Assembly: GCA_963665295.1 (NCBI GenBank)
Contig: OY762209.1
Location: 4,896,001-4,960,000, forward strand
Source: Syntrophorhabdaceae bacterium
Lineage (GTDB): Bacteria > Desulfobacterota > Syntrophorhabdia > Syntrophorhabdales > Syntrophorhabdaceae
Direction of reading: 5' to 3'
DNA: 64,000 nt
Position 1 is the first letter of the stretch. Each line of letters starts with the position of its first letter. The translations under genes and the position numbers were made by a program. The notes under the pieces were generated by a model that was not told the origin of the DNA, ran no database searches, and saw nothing but the letters and a program-made list of their open reading frames with translations. Of this stretch, positions 58,564 through 64,000 are shown one piece after another.

Positions 58564-59996
58564 CTCCCCGTCTCCTCCTCGTACCCTTCGTCCCCTATGG
58601 CCTTCCTGAGGTATGCAATAGCCGTCTCTTTGTCGAAGAGCGCCTGGCAAGCGTCCGCTTCCGCTCTGAGAAGCGCTGTCTGTGCGTCGATCACGTCCGT
58701 GCTGGTGCCTGCGCCGGTATCGTATTTGAGCAATTCCACCCTGAGGTTCTCCCGGGCGCTCTCCATGGCCCTTTCCGTAACAATGATCCGCTCCTTCGCG
58801 TTCGCAATAGTAAGGTGCGCGTCCCTCACCTCACGGGTTATGGAAAGCCTGATAGAGCGTTCTTCCTCTTTCGCCTTCTCCAGTTCCACCCGCTCCTTAT
58901 CGATTTCCGATGTAATGAGGCCTCCGTCGAAGAGGGGTACGGAAAATTTCAGGCCCATGTAATAGTTTTCCTTGAAGGCGAATTCATTTCCCGCCTGTCC
59001 CCAGTACTGACCCGTCGCATAGATATCGGGAAGTCTCTTTCCCCTTGCTATCTTCAGGCGTTGCTCACCCATCTTCAGTTTCTTCTCCGCTGCCTTGAAA
59101 TCGGGTCTTTGAGAAAAACCCTTATTCAGGCTCTCTTCGAGGGAAGGGTACGGCTGGTCCCGGTCCTTTTCCGGGGCGATGGAAATATGGGCGGCCATAT
59201 CGTCCATACCCATAAGATTCTTCAGAAGCTCAAAGGAGCTTGCCCGGTTGTTCGTTACCAGGAGCAGGCTCTCCTTTGCATGGGAAAGCTCGACCTCGGT
59301 CTTCAGAAGATCAAGGCGGGGCGCGGTGCCCGTTTTCAGAAAGAGCTCCACATTCTTCTTGTGGGACTCAAGTTGCCTTACCGCCGAGTCGCTCGCTATG
59401 AAGAGCCGTTCGAGTTGGGCGATCTTATAGTAGACGCTGGAGAGATTGTAGACGAGGTCCTGTTTGGTCATTCTTAGCCTGTCCTCAGCCACTGCCTTCT
59501 TCATTTCCGCCACATGGAGGCCTCTCACGAGCCTGCCTCCCCTGAAGAGGGGGAGCCTGAAGGAAACACCCGTATCCCATATGGTCCTCTTGAATTCAGG
59601 AATTTCCGTGCCCTGATTCAAGGGAAGGGTAATGACGATGGGCGTGAGAGGCATGTCCCACCGATATCTCGTAACACCGCCGGTAAAATCTACCTTCGGC
59701 ATCATATCGGCCCTTGCCGAATCGACGCCGTAGGTCTCGCTCTCTATGTTCCTTCCCGCAATCCTCACCCCGGGATTATGTTTGAGGGCATAGCGGATCA
59801 CCGAACCGAGGGAGTAGCGGTTATCCACCCCTGGTGCGGATGGGAGCGTCTGCGCAACCCGGACCTCCGCGACCGCCTCCCGCGCCCCGGGGCCGGCCGT
59901 ATCCCCGGCCGCAACAGGACCCGTCATGCTCAGGCCGAGCACCGCAGTGTAGGCTAAATATCTTGTCACTCGTACTGTAACGCCGCCACAATTCAT
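58560..59996 (-). CDS. TolC-family outer membrane protein
   Basis: AL..NP, PLF.GG twice, Y..G....DV.DAQ. Confidence 0.92.
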   Translation of the reverse strand: MNCGGVTVRVTRYLAYTAVLGLSMTGPVAAGDTAGPGAREAVAEVRVAQTLPSAPGVDNRYSLGSVIRYALKHNPGVRIAGRNIESETYGVDSARADMMPKVDFTGGVTRYRWDMPLTPIVITLPLNQGTEIPEFKRTIWDTGVSFRLPLFRGGRLVRGLHVAEMKKAVAEDRLRMTKQDLVYNLSSVYYKIAQLERLFIASDSAVRQLESHKKNVELFLKTGTAPRLDLLKTEVELSHAKESLLLVTNNRASSFELLKNLMGMDDMAAHISIAPEKDRDQPYPSLEESLNKGFSQRPDFKAAEKKLKMGEQRLKIARGKRLPDIYATGQYWGQAGNEFAFKENYYMGLKFSVPLFDGGLITSEIDKERVELEKAKEEERSIRLSITREVRDAHLTIANAKERIIVTERAMESARENLRVELLKYDTGAGTSTDVIDAQTALLRAEADACQALFDKETAIAYLRKAIGDEGYEEETGR

Positions 59997-60661
59997 AGTT
60001 GGTCTCCTCCTTTAACTTCGGCACGCGCCCTGATGGCGTCAAGGGAGAAACGGATAATGTGGGCGGCGATCCGGTCCTTATCCCCGACAATGGAGTCCCC
60101 GTCCGGAAAGAGCCTTGCCACAACGGGCCTCGCATACACGAAGTAGAGACACTGGCCCACCACGCTGGTCGAACAGAGACGCACCGTCTCTGCAGGCGGG
60201 TCGTCTCCTATAAGTTCCCGCACGATGCCGGAAAGGAGGGTGAACAGAGGCCTTATAGCCTCCTCCACCACGATGTCGAGCCCTTCCGTCGCTTCTATAT
60301 ACTCCCATGCCATAAGCTTTCCGAACCACGACGACTCTCCCTCGTCGAGCATGCGGCTCAAAAACTGGGTGATGAATATACTGAGCCGCTCCCCGGGTGA
60401 TCGAGACCCGTCTGCGGCAACGTGAGGAGGGTATTTCCGGAAAGCCACCGCATGCCAGTACCTGAGGGTTTCAAAATAGAGGCTCCTCTTATCCCTGAAA
60501 TGGTAATTCACCGCCGCAATATTCGCTCCGGCCCGCCTGCAAATCTCCCTTACCGTCGCGCCTCTGTAACCCGATTCGGCGAACACCCTGCCCGCCGCGT
60601 CCAGAATTCGCGCCCGCGTGTCCAGGGCAACAACTTTTTCGGTAGTGTACACATCTGTCAT
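59993..60661 (-). CDS. TetR-family regulator (CecR/YbiH-like)
   Basis: TRARILDAA..VFA..GY..ATVREI...AG.N.AAVNYHF..K; heads a ybhGFSR-type operon. Confidence 0.92.
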   Translation of the reverse strand: MTDVYTTEKVVALDTRARILDAAGRVFAESGYRGATVREICRRAGANIAAVNYHFRDKRSLYFETLRYWHAVAFRKYPPHVAADGSRSPGERLSIFITQFLSRMLDEGESSWFGKLMAWEYIEATEGLDIVVEEAIRPLFTLLSGIVRELIGDDPPAETVRLCSTSVVGQCLYFVYARPVVARLFPDGDSIVGDKDRIAAHIIRFSLDAIRARAEVKGGDQL

Positions 60662-60679
60662 GGCAGCTCCGGCGTGAAA

Positions 60680-60721
60680 TAAAATATCTATTTGAAGTAT
60701 CTAATTAAAACATAAGTTTTA
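60680..60721 (-). promoter_or_regulatory. TetR operator pair
   Basis: TAAAAC-N4-GTTTTA 60706-60721 plus a degenerate copy 60680-60695, next to TTGACA on the minus strand. Confidence 0.6.
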
Positions 60722-60866
60722 TTCTGTCAAGAAAAATCTTTCGATTCTTCGGGCGGTGGGCAGACATAATCCTTGCAACCTTTCCCCAAATATTATATAC
60801 AGGTGTATGTGCCTTTCTACGCGGTAGAGGGGCGGGCGAAAATACAAGGGGCAACCAGCGGCACGA

Positions 60867-60893
60867 CGTAACCTTTTTGCGGCGGGCCGCGAC
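60867..60893 (+). promoter_or_regulatory. Third ECF-type promoter
   Basis: CGTAACC-TTTT..N16-CGAC, matching the motif at 3323 and 3409. Confidence 0.6.
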
Positions 60894-60992
60894 CTGTTTA
60901 ATTAAACGGGACACTCCGTCGTGTGCCGGTGTCCGTTCAGGAACGGGACCGAAGGGGAAAGCTCCCGAACCCCGGTCAACCAGGAGGTTATT

Positions 60993-61811
60993 TTGAGTTT
61001 GAAATCATTTGTGTCTATTGTCTCCGTCCTGACCCTGTTTTTCTGCATGGCTCCGGCCTTCGCAGCAGAAAACACACCTGCGGTCCAAAAAGACAGTCAG
61101 GTAACAGACAAGACAGCTAAAGTGGAAAAAGCGGATTCGTGGCATTTTGCGGTCATCCCTGCCGTAGCCATGATGGGCATAAAGGGAACCATCGGGGCAA
61201 ACTACGATACGGCAAAAATGGACCTCTCACCGAGCGCGCTTTCGGACGCCACGAGGTCTTCCGCAGGGCTCGCCGCGGGCGCCTTCAAGGGAAACCATGC
61301 CATTCACTTCAGCGCGTCATACCTGAAACTCAATGACACTTCGACATTGCCGGTAGGTTCCACGCTGGCGGTTGCGGACACCACCCTTGAAACCACGCAG
61401 GTGGAGCTTACCTACGGGTACCGCTTTTACCGCAAACCCCGGCTCCTCATGGGGGCCTTCGGAGGCGTGCGATACTGGAATGTCAGCGGAACGATCGAAA
61501 CGACTCCATACGTTCCCGGTAATGCTTCGAGAAATTCACAGAGGGCGGATTGGTTCGACCCTATCATAGGATTGGAGGTAAGACCCCTCTTTACCAAGAA
61601 ATTGTCATTGCCCATGGTTGTCGATGCGGGTGGGTTCGGCATCGGGTCCGAGTTTACTTCAAAAGGGAGGGTCGGGTTGAGTTACATGTTCCACCCCCGT
61701 GTATCCGCGGAGCTTGGGTACACTTACACCTATGTGAATTACCGTCAAAGAGGAACCGTCTACGATGTGACCTGGTACGGACCTTACGTCGCGATGGCCT
61801 TATTGTTCTAG
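60993..61811 (+). CDS. Outer-membrane beta-barrel protein
   Basis: AGGAGG RBS with TTG, signal peptide ending AFA, W.DP.IG, amphipathic strands, terminal Phe. Confidence 0.85.
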   Translation: MSLKSFVSIVSVLTLFFCMAPAFAAENTPAVQKDSQVTDKTAKVEKADSWHFAVIPAVAMMGIKGTIGANYDTAKMDLSPSALSDATRSSAGLAAGAFKGNHAIHFSASYLKLNDTSTLPVGSTLAVADTTLETTQVELTYGYRFYRKPRLLMGAFGGVRYWNVSGTIETTPYVPGNASRNSQRADWFDPIIGLEVRPLFTKKLSLPMVVDAGGFGIGSEFTSKGRVGLSYMFHPRVSAELGYTYTYVNYRQRGTVYDVTWYGPYVAMALLF

Positions 61812-61841
61812 ACAGCCCGCAGGGTTGTCCGATATTTCCCG

Positions 61842-61869
61842 ACGGTCGCAGGGCTAAACCTGCGGCCGT
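61842..61869. repeat. REP-like hairpin / terminator
   Basis: acggtcgcagg-gctaaa-cctgcggccgt. Confidence 0.45.
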
Positions 61870-62030
61870 TGCTGTTCTCGAGCACCGGCCTTCCCCGTAA
61901 ATGCCGTTTTCCCTTCCTTAATAGAATCTCTGTTATTCCATTTTACGCCCCTCTGTTATATACTAAGGTAAAAACAAGAGGCTTGGGGCGGGTATTTAAG
62001 GCCCGCCATAAAACCGGGGAGGGTGAACCA

Positions 62031-62363
62031 ATGAGCGGATACTACGAGAGGAGCGACCTTGAGGATTTTGAAAACATAGGAGAATACGCCCCGGAATTGG
62101 GGGAAAAATACTTCGATTACTACGGGGAGGCCATGAAGGCGGGAAAGCTCTCTCAGAGGGAAAAAGTCCTCATCGCCCTTGTGGTGGCCACCACACAGAA
62201 ATGCCCGTACTGCATTGACGCATACACAAACCAGTGCCTGTCCCTCGGCGTATCGAAAGAGGAGATGATGGAGGCCGAGCACGTGGGGGCTGCCATGATG
62301 GCGGGAATCGTGCTTGCCCACTCCACCCAGATGCGGAAGATCATCAGGAAGAAGGAAATGTGA
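62031..62363 (+). CDS. Carboxymuconolactone decarboxylase / AhpD-like protein (arsS-associated)
   Basis: LS.REK.LIAL.VA....CPYCIDAY, EEMMEA.HV. Confidence 0.88.
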   Translation: MSGYYERSDLEDFENIGEYAPELGEKYFDYYGEAMKAGKLSQREKVLIALVVATTQKCPYCIDAYTNQCLSLGVSKEEMMEAEHVGAAMMAGIVLAHSTQMRKIIRKKEM

Positions 62364-62365
62364 TC

Positions 62366-63328
62366 ATGGGCACGTCCTTCTCCGACCATTCATTTTCCGA
62401 CCGTCTGACCCGGGGTCTCGTGGCAGAGGGCATATCTGTCCTCCAGGTCAACGTCGGCTACCTTTGTAATCTTGCGTGCAGGCATTGTCACGTAGGCGCG
62501 GGACCTCTCCGTACAGAGATCATGGGCAGGGCGGTCATGGAGCGGTGCATCGAGCTCCTCAAGGCCTATCCTGTTCCTACCGTCGATATTACCGGCGGAA
62601 GTCCTGAGATGCACCCCCTGTTCCGGTGGTTCCTCGAAGAATGCGCGGCCCTCAAACGCCGCACGTTGGTAAGGACAAACGGGGTGATCCTCCTCGACCC
62701 TGATTACAAACCTTTTCTTGACCTCTACGCGGCCCTCGGCATTGAAGTGGTCGTGTCTCTGCCCCACATGGACCCCCACGTCACCGAGCGCCAGCGCGGA
62801 GACGGAGTATTCCCCGGGCTTATTGAAGTCCTCAAAAGGCTGAACGCCGCGGGCTACGGGCAGGCCGGTTCCGGATTGGTCCTCAATCTTGTCCACAATC
62901 CGGGAGGCGCCTATTTGCCGGGCCCTCAGGAGAGCCTGGAGGCCCACTACAGACAGGTCTTGCTCGCCCGGTATGACGTTGCCTTCAATCACCTTTTCTG
63001 CATCGCCAACATGCCCATAGGCCGGTACCTCGATTACCTCAGGAGGAGCGGCAATTATGACGAATACATGGCAAGCCTGGCCAGGGCCTTCAATCCCGCG
63101 GCCCTCGCGCGGGTCATGTGCAAGACTACTTTGTCCGTTGCGTGGGACGGGCGTCTCTATGACTGTGATTTCAACCAGATGCTGGGATTGCCCGCCAACC
63201 ACGGCGCGCCGGACCATATTGCCGCCTTCGACATGGACAGGCTTGCTCACCGTACTATTGTCACCGGCAACCACTGCTACGGTTGCACCGCAGGGGCGGG
63301 AAGCTCCTGCCAGGGCCAGACGGCATAA
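62366..63328 (+). CDS. arsS: Radical SAM protein, ArsS/DUF3641 family
   Basis: QVNVG..CNLACRHCHV, DITGG.PE, YDCDFNQML, HCYGCTAGAGSSC. Confidence 0.88.
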   Translation: MGTSFSDHSFSDRLTRGLVAEGISVLQVNVGYLCNLACRHCHVGAGPLRTEIMGRAVMERCIELLKAYPVPTVDITGGSPEMHPLFRWFLEECAALKRRTLVRTNGVILLDPDYKPFLDLYAALGIEVVVSLPHMDPHVTERQRGDGVFPGLIEVLKRLNAAGYGQAGSGLVLNLVHNPGGAYLPGPQESLEAHYRQVLLARYDVAFNHLFCIANMPIGRYLDYLRRSGNYDEYMASLARAFNPAALARVMCKTTLSVAWDGRLYDCDFNQMLGLPANHGAPDHIAAFDMDRLAHRTIVTGNHCYGCTAGAGSSCQGQTA

Positions 63329-63332
63329 CCGC

Positions 63333-63363
63333 AAAAAAAAAGGACCGGGAAGCCCGGTCCTTT
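63333..63363 (-). terminator. Rho-independent terminator, probably bidirectional
   Basis: aaaggaccggg-aag-cccggtccttt with an A run on the plus strand. Confidence 0.85.
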
Positions 63364-63401
63364 GCGTATCCTGTGTTCGTGTGGAAACCGGCGAAATCCC
63401 C

Positions 63402-64000
63402 CTACTTCCCCTGCACCACGGTGAACTGCCTCCAATCCGATGTTCCTGTCCGGAAGACCCTGATAAAACCCCTCCGCGTAGAACCGGTACTGTTGGCGGT
63501 GAAGCTGTAGGACACCGTTCCGGCGCCGCTCATCTTGCTCCCGGAGGTAATGGTGATCCAGTCCCTTCCGAAATAATCGACGGATGACTGCCACTCGCAG
63601 TCCCCATTGATATTGACATCAAAAGAGCCCGAACCCGCTGAGGACTGAACCGTGGCCGACGTGGGGCCGAGGGTCGGAGGCGAACAGTCCGTCCGGTCCT
63701 GGTTTACCACAAACCGGCCCCCTGCAATAGACATCGTTCCCGTACGGGGCGAGGGGTTATCGTTGCCGAGTATGGTGACGGCGACCTTGCCCTTGTTGTT
63801 CTTGAAGGACGACAGGGACGCGATGATCCACGGGTTATCGGACAGAACGGATGGCGCGCCGCATGCCCCGTGGGCCTCCGCAGGCACACTGGTGACGGCC
63901 ACGGACAGTTCCTTCCCCTTGCCGCCGGCTGTCGTGTGGCTGGGCGAGAAGTTGTAGGCGCAGGAGCTTCCAAAGGCAGCCGTTACATTCATTGCGCCTG
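63402..64000 (-). CDS. 3' part of a protein with tandem BACON-like domains
   Basis: CAYNFSP...PWI...RTGTMSIAG; C.W...DWITITSG...G.G.V.Y....N.....R.G. Frame stays open to the window edge. Confidence 0.8.
   Translation of the reverse strand, partial: GAMNVTAAFGSSCAYNFSPSHTTAGGKGKELSVAVTSVPAEAHGACGAPSVLSDNPWIIASLSSFKNNKGKVAVTILGNDNPSPRTGTMSIAGGRFVVNQDRTDCSPPTLGPTSATVQSSAGSGSFDVNINGDCEWQSSVDYFGRDWITITSGSKMSGAGTVSYSFTANSTGSTRRGFIRVFRTGTSDWRQFTVVQGK

Noticed and set aside
63290..63328. Selenocysteine in the ArsS C-terminus
   Set aside because: The codon is TGC and the gene ends in TAA.

Overview
Chromosomal window (~58% GC by eye) from an anaerobic, diderm deltaproteobacterium. A Syntrophorhabdus/Desulfobacterota-like host is inferred from gene content, not demonstrated. 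Left to right: the 5' end of a NuoG/Fdh/HydA-type Fe-S oxidoreductase missing from the ORF track; an ECF sigma/anti-sigma/Spy envelope-stress module with twin divergent promoters; a PuuR-like regulator with a SAM-independent spermidine pathway (pyruvoyl arginine decarboxylase, agmatinase, carboxyspermidine dehydrogenase and decarboxylase); tig-clpP-clpX, tRNA-Val and tRNA-Asp; a ygiB/ygiC-like pair; a sigma54-driven PAS-only protein; transporters and proteases; a carbonyl-branch Wood-Ljungdahl cluster (RACo/acsV, cooC/acsF, small ORF, acsD, acsA, acsB, acsC, acsE); a chagasin-papain-BACON fusion protease; a CecR/TolC/HlyD/ABC efflux operon; and an arsS radical SAM gene with a CMD partner. The least explained signals are (1) two diverged ~200-nt structured repeats in inverted orientation flanking a DNA-cytosine-methyltransferase stub inside the acs cluster, (2) a three-site ECF promoter motif that predicts a regulon, (3) several gene relics, and (4) uORF or readthrough candidates. 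No CRISPR array, rRNA, transposase or prophage was seen.
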